A stretch of 64,000 nucleotides of DNA, from NCBI GenBank assembly GCA_963804875.1, contig CAWDRX010000003.1:139838-203837 (forward strand), read 5' to 3'. The DNA comes from an uncultured Verrucomicrobiae bacterium (GTDB lineage: Bacteria > Verrucomicrobiota > Verrucomicrobiia > Chthoniobacterales > UBA10450). A program made the translations under genes and the position numbers. Under the pieces are notes generated by a model, which saw only the letters and a program-made list of their open reading frames with translations, searched no databases and was not told the DNA's origin. Below, piece after piece: positions 54,660-63,720 of the stretch; the stretch's first letter is position 1, and each line of letters begins with the position of its first letter.

Positions 54660-55109
54660 CTCGAGCAAATTGGCCCTGGTCGCCGCACCACCGAAGCGTT
54701 TGATAATGACGCCATTGCGATTAATGACATACACATTGGCGACGCCCTTTCGATAATCAAACGCACGCGCAACCGAGCCGTCCCAGTCGAGCATTACCGA
54801 GTAATTAAACTGCGCACGAAACCCGAATTGGACCATACCTTGTAACGGTCGCGGTACCGAGGAAACATCGGCCACGCCATCGATATCGATGTCTTTGCCA
54901 AAGCTGTGATAGACATGCGCGATCCAGGGTTCAAGCTGCTGGGAACCTTTCTGATCGGCCAGCGTCATGACCGTAACTTTCGCTTTCGGAAAACGGTAGG
55001 TCCGCGATGTGCCATGTTGATCGCGCAGTTCGAAATCGGCCAGCTTCCCGGCGGAAACAGAGGTAGCCAAGATTACCGACCCGAAAAGTGCGAGGATGAA
55101 AAATCTCAT
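54612..55109 (-). CDS. Secreted thioredoxin-fold (redoxin/TlpA-like) protein lacking the CxxC cysteines. Last gene of the carotenoid operon.
   Basis: Signal peptide MRFFILALFGSVILATSVSAG. FELRDQHG...KAKVTVMTLADQKGS resembles a redoxin, with the active-site Cys replaced. Its start overlaps the GT2 stop (ATGA). Confidence 0.5.
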   Translation of the reverse strand: MRFFILALFGSVILATSVSAGKLADFELRDQHGTSRTYRFPKAKVTVMTLADQKGSQQLEPWIAHVYHSFGKDIDIDGVADVSSVPRPLQGMVQFGFRAQFNYSVMLDWDGSVARAFDYRKGVANVYVINRNGVIIKRFGGAATRANLLELTQAIDRAIRVSAGG

Positions 55110-56227
55110 GTCACCCCGACCGGCGAATAAACTCGTCCCTTCCATGCGGTGCTGTTTCGCCCGTACCCTACGGCGAAGGCAAACCATTGAATCGCAACCA
55201 GCAAGGTCACGCCGACAGGATGAAGCAGGGCACCGAGAAGAGATTGGCGGAAACGAATGACTGAAATCAGCCGCGGCACCAGAGCAGCGAAGACAGCGAT
55301 TGCTGCCAGAACCACCGGGACGCGCGACTTGGCGGCGGCCAAAAGCAAAAATGGAAGGACCTGCCCACTCAACAGCAAAATAGTAGCTGGAAGAATCAGT
55401 TGCCGGGAGCCGAGGCCTTCGTGGGCATTCTTGGCAAAACCATGCCATACCTCATCCGCACGCCGATACATCCGGCACGAAAACGTGTCGGTCGCATCGA
55501 ACAGATCTGTCGCGTAACCGCGCGAACGAAATAACCGCGCAAGACGAAGACCATCGTGAAGCGTTCCGGCTATGCCGGCATGCCCGCCTGCGTCTTCGTA
55601 GGCGTCGCGCTTGACCGCGATGATTTGACCGCATGCCGCGGAAAATTTCGGGTCGCTGCTGCGTCGCATTCTGTCCAGGGAAAGGAATCCGAGCAGCACA
55701 AAATGGATAAGCGGCACGATTAGTTTTTCCATCAGCCCCTCCGTTTCCTGTCGAGGCACGCCGCTGATGAGCGCCGCTTTGCCTTCCTCGACGAATTGCG
55801 CAAGCCGCGCCAAAGAATCGGAACGCGATACGCGTACGTCCGCATCCATGAAAATGAGGAGTGGATGACGCGCGAGTTGGGCCAGTTGATGGCAGGCGAA
55901 GTTTTTTCCGCACCAGCCCGCGGGCAAAAATCCGGCGGCTTCGAGCCGGACCCGGCTATCAGCAATCGCAAACTCGCGAACAATCTCTGCGGTGCGATCG
56001 GTCGAGGAGTCATCAAGCACGATCACTTCAAGATCGACATCTTCGCTGCGGAGCACCGAGCGTAGTGCGGCTGTGATGTTGGGTTCTTCGTTCCGCGCCG
56101 GAATCAGTACGGAACAACCCGCGCCGGTTGCTTTGCGGACTGATAACTGCCGATAGAGCGACAAATTGCGAAGAAACAACGCCGCAGGCAAGATTGAAAG
56201 CACGCAGCTGATCACGACGATCGTCAT
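55106..56227 (-). CDS. Family-2 glycosyltransferase, CrtQ/CruC-like (carotenoid glycosyltransferase), membrane-anchored.
   Basis: GT2 motifs VLIPARNEE, VIVLDDSSTD and FMDADV (DxD). C-terminal TM helices. Operon context with CrtI-family genes. Confidence 0.7.
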   Translation of the reverse strand: MTIVVISCVLSILPAALFLRNLSLYRQLSVRKATGAGCSVLIPARNEEPNITAALRSVLRSEDVDLEVIVLDDSSTDRTAEIVREFAIADSRVRLEAAGFLPAGWCGKNFACHQLAQLARHPLLIFMDADVRVSRSDSLARLAQFVEEGKAALISGVPRQETEGLMEKLIVPLIHFVLLGFLSLDRMRRSSDPKFSAACGQIIAVKRDAYEDAGGHAGIAGTLHDGLRLARLFRSRGYATDLFDATDTFSCRMYRRADEVWHGFAKNAHEGLGSRQLILPATILLLSGQVLPFLLLAAAKSRVPVVLAAIAVFAALVPRLISVIRFRQSLLGALLHPVGVTLLVAIQWFAFAVGYGRNSTAWKGRVYSPVGVT

Positions 56228-57036
56228 TATCGAATCGACTCCGGTTGATGTTCACCTACGAATTGTCTGCCGCTCATCCAGGCACGCAGGCGGCGCAATG
56301 TATCGTAAATCAGATTTCCTCCACTCCGGCCGCGGTTGATCGTTAGCCAGTCTCGCGGATCACGACGACACGAACCAATGGTCAGTTCCTCTTGTGTGCT
56401 CTCCAAAGCCCCGGCCAGAAGACGGCTCCATTCGTCCGCATCGCGACGGGATCGCCTGTCGCTCATCAGTGGCCGACCGAACGATAAAAGGACTTCCGGG
56501 CGCGACTCAGCCCAGAAAGGATATTCAATGGCGAGGGGCAAAAATGCCACGTCGGACAGGCGGGTCGCCAGCGCCGCCAGACCGGGCTGCAACTGAAGGG
56601 GGCGTTCGCGCACATCAGCAAACCGTCCCTGGGGCGTAAGCCACAGCATGTTGCGCGACGAAGAGAGCAGGGCCCGACTCGCCCGCAAGAAAGTCACCGC
56701 ACCGCGAACGGTGTGCTGTTCGACTCCAAAAAAACCGAGATTTTTGAAAAATCGGTAGCGCTCGATCATGGCCGCATCGATTGGAGCAAACGAATCCCGA
56801 TCGTCGAAAAACTGCCGCGAAAGGAACAGACAAACCAGCGGATCCCACCACGAAGCGTGATTAAGATAAACAACTGTGGGCTGCGTAAAAATTCGCGGCC
56901 GTCCCATTTTCAGGATTCGAATCCGATGGAAATGACGCCGCAGATAAGACCGATTATACGCCGAGAACAGCCGTAACCACGTCGTAGAAACGGAGGGATG
57001 CAGTGCCGAAGATCGATCCTGAAGTTTGGCTAACAT
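56227..57036 (-). CDS. Lysophospholipid-acyltransferase-family enzyme (CruD-like carotenoid glycoside acyltransferase candidate).
   Basis: H(X4)D motif NHASWWD. Its stop overlaps the GT2 start by one nucleotide (TAATG). Confidence 0.7.
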   Translation of the reverse strand: MLAKLQDRSSALHPSVSTTWLRLFSAYNRSYLRRHFHRIRILKMGRPRIFTQPTVVYLNHASWWDPLVCLFLSRQFFDDRDSFAPIDAAMIERYRFFKNLGFFGVEQHTVRGAVTFLRASRALLSSSRNMLWLTPQGRFADVRERPLQLQPGLAALATRLSDVAFLPLAIEYPFWAESRPEVLLSFGRPLMSDRRSRRDADEWSRLLAGALESTQEELTIGSCRRDPRDWLTINRGRSGGNLIYDTLRRLRAWMSGRQFVGEHQPESIR

Positions 57037-58574
57037 ATTGCCATCTCTTCTGCCTTCGGTGGGCGCTCCGCTATGCCGGAATCATCGTCGAGCGCATGGG
57101 CGGCGATCCAACCCGACATGAGCACCATCGGCATGCCGGGTCCCGGGTGCGCCGCGCCGCCGGTGAGGTAGAGACCGCGCAGATCGGGGCTGCGATTACC
57201 CGGTTTGAATGCACCGAAAAATTTCCCGTGGCTGGCGAGTCCGTAGATCGCGCCGTTCAAAACATGGTAGCGCTCGTGTATGTCCTGCGGTGTCAGCGCC
57301 TCTTCGAAAACGATGCGCGATTCGATATCGGGCATCTGTCCCGTGCGTTTGAGCTTCTCTAAAATGACGCGCCGGTATCCGGGCAGCATTTTTTTCCAAT
57401 CATGGTGCGGCCGCAAATAGGGAGTGTGAACCAAAACGTACAGCGCTTCGCTACCAGCCGGCGCGGTGCCGGATTCGGTGCAACTTGTGGCGGCCAGGTA
57501 ACAGGTCGGGTCGGGCGCGGGCTCGCCCTTTTTGTAAATCCACTCGAATTCTTTGCGAGGATCGCGGCTGAACACAAAATCGTGATGGGCAAGATGTTCG
57601 TAACGTTTGTTGAGGCCGAGGTAGAGCACCACCCCGGAACAGGCTGGTTCATATTGACGACGCCGGGCAAAAGCTTCGCTGGCCGCGCCGTTCATCAATT
57701 CGCGATGAGTGCGGACGGAGTCGCAGTTAGAAACGACCGCGTCGAACGAAATTTCTCCATCTTCATCCGTGCGAACGCCTGTAACCTGGCCGTTGTCAGA
57801 CAGAATTTCTTCGACCTTTGTGTTTGTGAGGAATTCCACGCCAAGTTCGGTGGCAAGTTTTGCAAGAGCCTCCGGCACCGCGCGAGTACCGCCGATCGGA
57901 TACCAAATTCCTTCATCGGTTTGCATGTGCGCAATTCCGCAAAGAATGGCGGGTGATCCATAGGGCGACGATCCGACGTATTGGGTGAAATGATCGATCA
58001 TCTGGGCGACGCGTGGATCTGGAGAAAATGAGCGCACCGCGCTGGCGACGGATCGGCCCATACGCATCGCGAGTACGTCCCCGATCATTTGGGGATCGAA
58101 CGACGAGTTCCATTCGAACATGTCCCGCAAACCGCCGATCGATTTGTAGAAGAAATGGCGATCAGAAATTGCGTGCAGTCGCTCGCTGAACGCGATGAAA
58201 TCGCGATAACGCGCACCGGAGTTAGTGCCGGGCGCAAAGTGGTCGAGCGTCTGCGCCATCTCGTTCGGGTTTTGAGCAAGGTCGAGGACGGAGCCGTCAT
58301 CAAAGAAACAGCGCCACTGTGGATCGAGCCTAACGAGTGCCAGATAATCCTCCATCCGCGCCCCGGCTTCGTTAAAGATTCGGCGCAGAATCGAAGGCAT
58401 GGTGACGATAGTCGGTCCCATGTCGAAGCGGAAGACGTCGTTGCGGAGCTGGGCCGCTTTTCCCCCTAGCCAATGATTGCGTTCGAATAAAACAACTTTG
58501 TGTCCCCGCGCCGCCAGAACGCAGGCCGCGGAAAGGCCGCCAAGGCCGCCACCAATGATTCCGACCTTTTTCAT
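57030..58574 (-). CDS. FAD-dependent CrtI/CrtN-family carotenoid desaturase/oxidase.
   Basis: N-terminal MKKVGIIGGGLGGLSAACVLA (dinucleotide-binding) and the C-terminal phytoene-desaturase signature. 515 aa from the chosen start. Confidence 0.8.
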   Translation of the reverse strand: MKKVGIIGGGLGGLSAACVLAARGHKVVLFERNHWLGGKAAQLRNDVFRFDMGPTIVTMPSILRRIFNEAGARMEDYLALVRLDPQWRCFFDDGSVLDLAQNPNEMAQTLDHFAPGTNSGARYRDFIAFSERLHAISDRHFFYKSIGGLRDMFEWNSSFDPQMIGDVLAMRMGRSVASAVRSFSPDPRVAQMIDHFTQYVGSSPYGSPAILCGIAHMQTDEGIWYPIGGTRAVPEALAKLATELGVEFLTNTKVEEILSDNGQVTGVRTDEDGEISFDAVVSNCDSVRTHRELMNGAASEAFARRRQYEPACSGVVLYLGLNKRYEHLAHHDFVFSRDPRKEFEWIYKKGEPAPDPTCYLAATSCTESGTAPAGSEALYVLVHTPYLRPHHDWKKMLPGYRRVILEKLKRTGQMPDIESRIVFEEALTPQDIHERYHVLNGAIYGLASHGKFFGAFKPGNRSPDLRGLYLTGGAAHPGPGMPMVLMSGWIAAHALDDDSGIAERPPKAEEMAIC

Positions 58575-58578
58575 GAGT

Positions 58579-59862
58579 TTATTTTTTCTGTCTGTACTTG
58601 TTAACGAGGGCGCCAATGAAATTGCGAATCGCCCCGAAGCGATCCCGGCCGCGCCCGTGTGCCGCCCGGATGTAGGAAAGGAAAAGCCTCGCATCCTCGA
58701 TTTCGGGTTTGTCGAAATGTCGATGTGAGTTTCCATATCTCGTCGCGACGACATGTGGAAATGTCATTTCGAGCAACCCTTCATCGCCGCGCGTGCTCCC
58801 AAATCCGCTCGCATTCACTCCGGTGAACGGCATACGCGGATCGGCGGTCGGGACGATGAGATCGTTGATGACAACGAATCCAGTCTTTATGCGGCTGGCA
58901 ATGGCGCGAGCCCGCGGGACGTCACGCGAGAAAATCGACGACCCAAGGGCGAAATTGGCGGAATGAACTTTATCGAGGGCACCCTGTTCATCTTCAAAGA
59001 TTTCCAATGGAAGCGGCGCGGTACCGGCAAGCGTCAATCTCGCCTGGAGATTTCCGGCGATTGATTTCTCGGCGATCAGGCGCCGCGGAGCGATGCATGT
59101 CCCGCCATTATTCAGACGCGCCCCGAAATTCAATGCGCGGACAACCAGATCAAGATCGGCGTCTGCAAAAACGATGACGGCATCTTCGCCCGAGAGTTCC
59201 ATTACAGAGGGCGTATTGGTCCTTGCGAGCTTAGCGAGGAGATCGCGCCCGTTTTTGGAGGAGCCGGTGAAAATGACTTTGTCCACGCCGCTACGAACGG
59301 CGTCGTGGGCCGCCGCGACGCTCTCGTCTAAAACGGTGAGCAGCGCGGGATCGAGTCCTGCCTCGCGAGCTAGCCTAACGAATAGGAATGCGACGTTTCG
59401 TGTGCCTGGCGCAGGCTTGAGCAGGACGGCGTTGCCGGCCACAAGCGCGTGGAGCGAATGAACAGCCGGAAGAAAAAGGGGATAATTTCCCGGACCAATC
59501 ACCAGCACCAGGCCGAATGGCTGGCGTTGCACTTCAAATAAAGCGCCCTGCATCCAAAATGGACGTCCTCTTTTGCCGCAACGACGGGGAGCGAGGACGC
59601 GAGCCGCGCTTTCTTCCAGCCACCTGCATGCATCGGCGAGCGGAACGATTTCGGAAACGAGCTTCTCGGACAACGGACGATCCCAAACCATTGCAGCAGC
59701 AGTTGCGAGTGTATCGGCGCGCTCCGCAATGAGACGACGAAGTTCGCGGACGAAACGCACACGTTCGGCGATTGGCTTGAGCCCCCAGCTTGTCTGAACC
59801 GCACGGGCTTTGGCGTAAAGGTCGTTTACCTTTTCCGCACGCTGATCGATAACTGCGTGCAT
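58579..59862 (-). CDS. Aldehyde dehydrogenase (carotenoid-aldehyde dehydrogenase candidate, CrtNc/AldH-like).
   Basis: Catalytic MELSGEDA (Glu) and GGTCIAP (Cys) motifs. Its start codon overlaps the upstream stop (TGATG). Confidence 0.8.
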   Translation of the reverse strand: MHAVIDQRAEKVNDLYAKARAVQTSWGLKPIAERVRFVRELRRLIAERADTLATAAAMVWDRPLSEKLVSEIVPLADACRWLEESAARVLAPRRCGKRGRPFWMQGALFEVQRQPFGLVLVIGPGNYPLFLPAVHSLHALVAGNAVLLKPAPGTRNVAFLFVRLAREAGLDPALLTVLDESVAAAHDAVRSGVDKVIFTGSSKNGRDLLAKLARTNTPSVMELSGEDAVIVFADADLDLVVRALNFGARLNNGGTCIAPRRLIAEKSIAGNLQARLTLAGTAPLPLEIFEDEQGALDKVHSANFALGSSIFSRDVPRARAIASRIKTGFVVINDLIVPTADPRMPFTGVNASGFGSTRGDEGLLEMTFPHVVATRYGNSHRHFDKPEIEDARLFLSYIRAAHGRGRDRFGAIRNFIGALVNKYRQKK

Positions 59863-61407
59863 CAGGCAGTCTCCAGATTCATTGGCGCAATTTGTGCTAT
59901 CGGTTCACGCGCGGTGGAATGAGCTGTTGCGACTCCCATGTCCGTTAGAAGCAAACGAGAGCTGATCCGCGCGGATTCGAAAATCACAGGCAGCCCACTG
60001 CCCGGATGGGTGCCGCCGCCAACAAGGTAAATACCATCGACATCCTCAAAACGATTGTGCGGTCGAAGGTGCAGCATCTGATCGAGGCTGTGGGCGAGAT
60101 TGAACGTCGCGCCCTGGTGGATCTCGTATTTCGTGTCCCAATCGGCCGGCGTGATGACGCGCTCGAAACGGATGCGCTTTTCGATGTCGGTGAAGCCGGC
60201 TTTCGCGATTTGGCGCAGCATCTTCGCGCGAAAACACTCGCGCTCGCGTGACCAATCGACGTTCGGATGCTGGTGCGTGACCGGAACTAGCACGTAGAGC
60301 GTGCTCATGCCCCGTGGTGCGAGCGTCGGATCGGTGACGCACGCGTTCTGCACGTAAAATGACGGGTCGTCGGACAGGACGTGCTCGTCTTCGATCTCGT
60401 CAAGGTTCCGCGCGTAGTCGGCGGCGATGTGAATGGTGTGGTGCGGCAGATCGAACGCGCCGTCGACGCCGAGATACATCATGAAGGTCGAGCAGGAGAA
60501 TTTCTTGCGCGCAATCTTGCGATCGGTCCAACGACGACGAAGCCGATCGGGCACGAGGCGCTTCATGGCGCGGGCGAAGTCGGCGTTCATCACAATCGCG
60601 CTCGCCTTTTCTATTCCCGCCGCTGTGCGCACGCCGACCGCGCGTCGTCCTTCGAAAAGGACTTCTTCGACAGGGTGTTCACACAGATCTCCACACCGAG
60701 GCGCTCGGCTACGCGCGCCATCGCCGCGGTCACCGCGGCGCAACCACCGATGGGATGGAACACGCCGTATTCGTATTCGAGAAACGAGAGGATCGAGAAC
60801 AGGCTCGGGCAGTGAAATGGCGACATGCCGAGGTATTTGGATTGGAAAGAAAACGCCAGGCGGATTCGTGGATCGGCAAAGAAACGGCGTGAGATAAGTG
60901 TCGATCGATTGATGCGGCCGAAGCATCGGGAGCATCTTGAGCAGACGGGTATTGCAGCAGATCCTGCCAACCGAGAAACGGCGTCTCAAGGCATGGCTCC
61001 ATGCGAGCGAGCTTGATCCGATTTTCGTTTAGGAACCGTCGAAACCCAGGCGCGTCACCCGGCGCGATCGCGGCGATCTGTTGTTCCATGCGCGCGATGT
61101 CCGGCGTCGCATTGAGCTCGCCACCCTGACCGAAGATGATGCGGTATTGCGGATCGAGCCGCACCATTTCCACTTCGGTCCGGAGGAAGCTGCCGGCTGC
61201 GGCGAAGATTTCTTCGAGCACGCGCGGGTAAAGGAAAAACGTCGGGCCGAGATCGAACTTAAAGCCGTTCGCCTCGATCGATGAGGTGCGTCCGCCGATG
61301 GTCGGGAGACGTTCAATGATCTTCACTTTCACCCCCGCCGAGGCAAGGAGGATGGCCGAGGCGAGGCCGCCGGGACCGGCGCCGATGATAATGACATCGT
61401 GTTTCAT
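59862..61407 (-). CDS. Second CrtI/CrtN-family desaturase/oxidase. It reads through three frames, with apparent frameshifts near 60970 and 60650.
   Basis: N-terminus MKHDVIIIGAGPGGLASA in ORF 60730..61407. Middle YGVFHPIGG...VAERLGVEI segment in ORF 60611..60970. C-terminal part in ORF 59862..60989. Total about 515 aa. Confidence 0.65.
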
Positions 61408-61432
61408 AGAGTAATTGCCAACCGGGAAGAGG

Positions 61433-61654
61433 TCAGAATTTTGTTTTCACGCCGCAAGCGCGGAATGCGCACCAGCCCTGCACCGCTTCAAACGCGAGGA
61501 ATGCCGAAGTGACAGTTAGTCCAACCGCGATTGCGGTAGATTTCGGCAAGGACACGCCGGCAGCGATGACCAAGGCTACTGCTCCGCCTGCGCGAAAGAG
61601 CCGCGCTTTATTGGCGATGTTGGAGATCAAACGGTTCTGTCTGTCTTTTTTCAT
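61433..61654 (-). CDS. DUF2892 (YgaP-like) small membrane protein.
   Basis: 73 aa. RLISNIANKARLFRAGGAVALVIAAG... pattern. Confidence 0.5.
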   Translation of the reverse strand: MKKDRQNRLISNIANKARLFRAGGAVALVIAAGVSLPKSTAIAVGLTVTSAFLAFEAVQGWCAFRACGVKTKF

Positions 61655-61807
61655 AGGTGTTACTTCAGTTCTGGAGTTCTCCCCTGAACTACTCCGCTGA
61701 AAGCGTGGTTGTTGGGGCTTTGGCTAAATCGATCGGGTCTGGACTCAGCGGCCGTTTGAAGAAGGAAACCGAACGATTGGAAATGCGCCGTCCGCCGGAT
61801 TCGGGAT

Positions 61808-61924
61808 TCACGCTGCCGTCGAGTCTTTTTGAACCTCCGCAAAGTCCGCAGCCGCCAGGAGTCCCTTCGCGACGATTCCCGTCACGGCGAGGCCGAAGCA
61901 AAAAATAGGGAAAAGAAATTCAAA
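61808..61924 (-). CDS. Possible 39-aa hydrophobic peptide (MFEFLFPIFCFGLAVTGIVAKGLLAAADFAEVQKDSTAA).
   Basis: Its ATG lies 2 nt after the stop of the upstream 64-aa membrane ORF. Below the ORF-track size cut-off. Confidence 0.25.
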   Translation of the reverse strand, partial: FEFLFPIFCFGLAVTGIVAKGLLAAADFAEVQKDSTAA

Positions 61925-61929
61925 CATAT

Positions 61930-62124
61930 TTAGTCTTCTTTGGTTTGGCTGATGGCGTTGCCTAGGAGGACAAGACGAACGCCGACCCAGAGGATCAGAA
62001 TGCTGGGAACCCAGAGACCGACGAACACGCCGTAATCGCGGTTCACTAGGAACCAGAGGGAGACGCTGGCAAGGAGGCTCAGAGCTGAGGCCCAAAGAAA
62101 AGGATGATCGACTTTATTAAACAT
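61930..62124 (-). CDS. Small two-TM membrane protein (64 aa). First gene downstream of the AT-rich promoter region.
   Basis: ORF track. Two hydrophobic helices. Confidence 0.35.
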   Translation of the reverse strand: MFNKVDHPFLWASALSLLASVSLWFLVNRDYGVFVGLWVPSILILWVGVRLVLLGNAISQTKED

Positions 62125-62164
62125 AATCGTGAGTGAGTTGGGTGGTTGTGTGGTGGAGCGAGAC

Positions 62165-62300
62165 TAACAAACGTCTAATATATGTATAGGATTTGATTAG
62201 CTTGTCAATGATTTGTTCATATTTAAATTCTCAGCTCGATTTTCATTGGTTAATTCCTACGAACTTCCAATATTTCAGACCTCCTACTTGCGCTCTGTCT
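62165..62300. promoter_or_regulatory. AT-rich divergent promoter/operator region between the carotenoid operon and the CarH-like gene. Contains direct repeats GATTTGATTA and GATTTGTTCA 20 bp apart and a TTGTCA -35-like hexamer.
   Basis: Local AT content far above the window average. Repeats at 62190..62199 and 62210..62219. Confidence 0.35.
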
Positions 62301-62327
62301 GAGTTATGTCTAGATTCTAGCCGTCAA

Positions 62328-63272
62328 ATGCCGGACGCCCATCACTCGATCAAAGCTGCCTCGCGGATAACCGGGCTCTCGCCTCATCTCATTCGCATTT
62401 GGGAGAGGCGTTATGGTGCCGTGGCACCCGAACGAACCGACACGAATCGCCGTCTTTATTCCGACGCAGAGATTCAGCGGCTAAACTTGCTGCGCTTGGC
62501 CACTGGCGCGGGGCACAGCATTGGCAACATCGCGAAACTGCCGTTGGGCCGCCTCAAGTCCCTGCTAGCAAAAGCGGGGGTTGGCGAATCCGGAGTGCCG
62601 CGCACCAAAATGGCTTCGTCACCGGCGAAAGGCTTTCGTGACGCCAGCCTGGCTGCTGTCGAAAAACTGGACGCTCAATTATTTGAGGAGACCTTGGGCA
62701 AGGCGGTCGTCGCCCTGGGCCACCAAGGTCTGTTGCGACAGGTTGTGGGTCCACTGGCGCAGACGATTGGCGAACTTTGGCGGACCGGTGTGCTCACGGC
62801 GGCGCACGAGCATTTTTTCACCGCGGGGTTGAAAGTGTTCCTCGGCCATTTGTCGGGACAATTTGCCGTGCCCGCAAACGCCCCTCGTATTGTCGTCGCC
62901 ACTCCGGCCGGACAATTGCACGAGCTTGGCGCCGTCATCGTGAAGGACGCTGCCGCACAGATCGGCTGGCACACCACTTATCTGGGCGCCAGTTTGCCGG
63001 CCGCGGAAATTGCCGGCGCTGCGGTGCAAAGTAGAGCTGCCGTGGTGGCTCTGAGTATTGTCTATCCGGAAGACGATCCCGATCTTGTTCGGGAACTCAT
63101 TAGCCTTCGGCGTTTCCTCCCGCCGGAGGTGAAGATTCTGGCCGGAGGCCGGGCAGCGTCGGCTTATTCTGAACCGCTGCTGCGCATCGGGGCCGTGATG
63201 ACGGAAAACATCGAGGAATTTTGCAACCAGCTCGATAAGCTACGCCGGTCATCGAAGGCTAAATCCGCGTGA
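62328..63272 (+). CDS. MerR-family regulator with a C-terminal cobalamin-binding domain (CarH/LitR-like light-responsive regulator).
   Basis: MerR HTH SIKAASRITGLSPHLIRIWERRYG. B12-binding_2 helix bundle GELWRTGVLTAAHEH. Rossmann B12 motif GQLHELGAVIV ... ALSIVY ... LAGGRAA. Start set at MPDAHHS. Confidence 0.75.
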   Translation: MPDAHHSIKAASRITGLSPHLIRIWERRYGAVAPERTDTNRRLYSDAEIQRLNLLRLATGAGHSIGNIAKLPLGRLKSLLAKAGVGESGVPRTKMASSPAKGFRDASLAAVEKLDAQLFEETLGKAVVALGHQGLLRQVVGPLAQTIGELWRTGVLTAAHEHFFTAGLKVFLGHLSGQFAVPANAPRIVVATPAGQLHELGAVIVKDAAAQIGWHTTYLGASLPAAEIAGAAVQSRAAVVALSIVYPEDDPDLVRELISLRRFLPPEVKILAGGRAASAYSEPLLRIGAVMTENIEEFCNQLDKLRRSSKAKSA

Positions 63273-63282
63273 GGATTCGCAA

Positions 63283-63720
63283 TTCAAGCGCACAACGTGG
63301 CTTCAACGTCCGGTTTCCGAGGTCTTTCCGTTTTTCGCAGACGCCGCAAATCTCGAACTGCTTACGGCTCCCGGGCTCCATTTTCGCGTCCTGACTTCTC
63401 GGCCGATCAAATTCGGCTGGGAACCTTGATTGATTACCGGATTCGCGTTCACAGGAATACTGTTGCGCTGGCAAAGCGAAATCACAGCATGGGACCCCGC
63501 CCCGCAGCTTCGCCGACGAACAGCGCCGCGGGCCCTATCGATTCTGGCGGCACGAGCATAAATTTGTAGAACGCGACGGCGGGACAGCCGTTTTCGCCGA
63601 GGTGCAATATGCCGTGCCCTTTGATTTTCTGACGCACCGATTATTTGTGCGGCCGGACATCGAGCGAATCTTCGATTTTCGCGAACAAAAGATGCGCGAA
63701 CTTTTTCCTAGCCCTAGCTA
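63283..63720 (+). pseudogene. SRPBCC-family (START/Bet v1-like) protein gene. It reads through four frames (three indels) and has no in-frame start codon.
   Basis: Family segments lie in successive frames: ...VFPFFADAANLELLTAPGLHFRVLTS, then GTLIDYRIRV, then ILLRWQSEITAWDP, then FADEQRRGPYRFWRHEHKFVERDGGTAVFAEVQYAVPFDFLTHRLFVRPDIERIFDFREQKMRELF and a stop. Confidence 0.5.

Noticed and set aside
55452-56076. ORFs 55452..55913 (minus), 55796..56065 (plus) and 55861..56076 (plus) within the GT2 gene.
   Set aside because: Out of frame or antisense to the glycosyltransferase, whose motifs and operon coupling are convincing.
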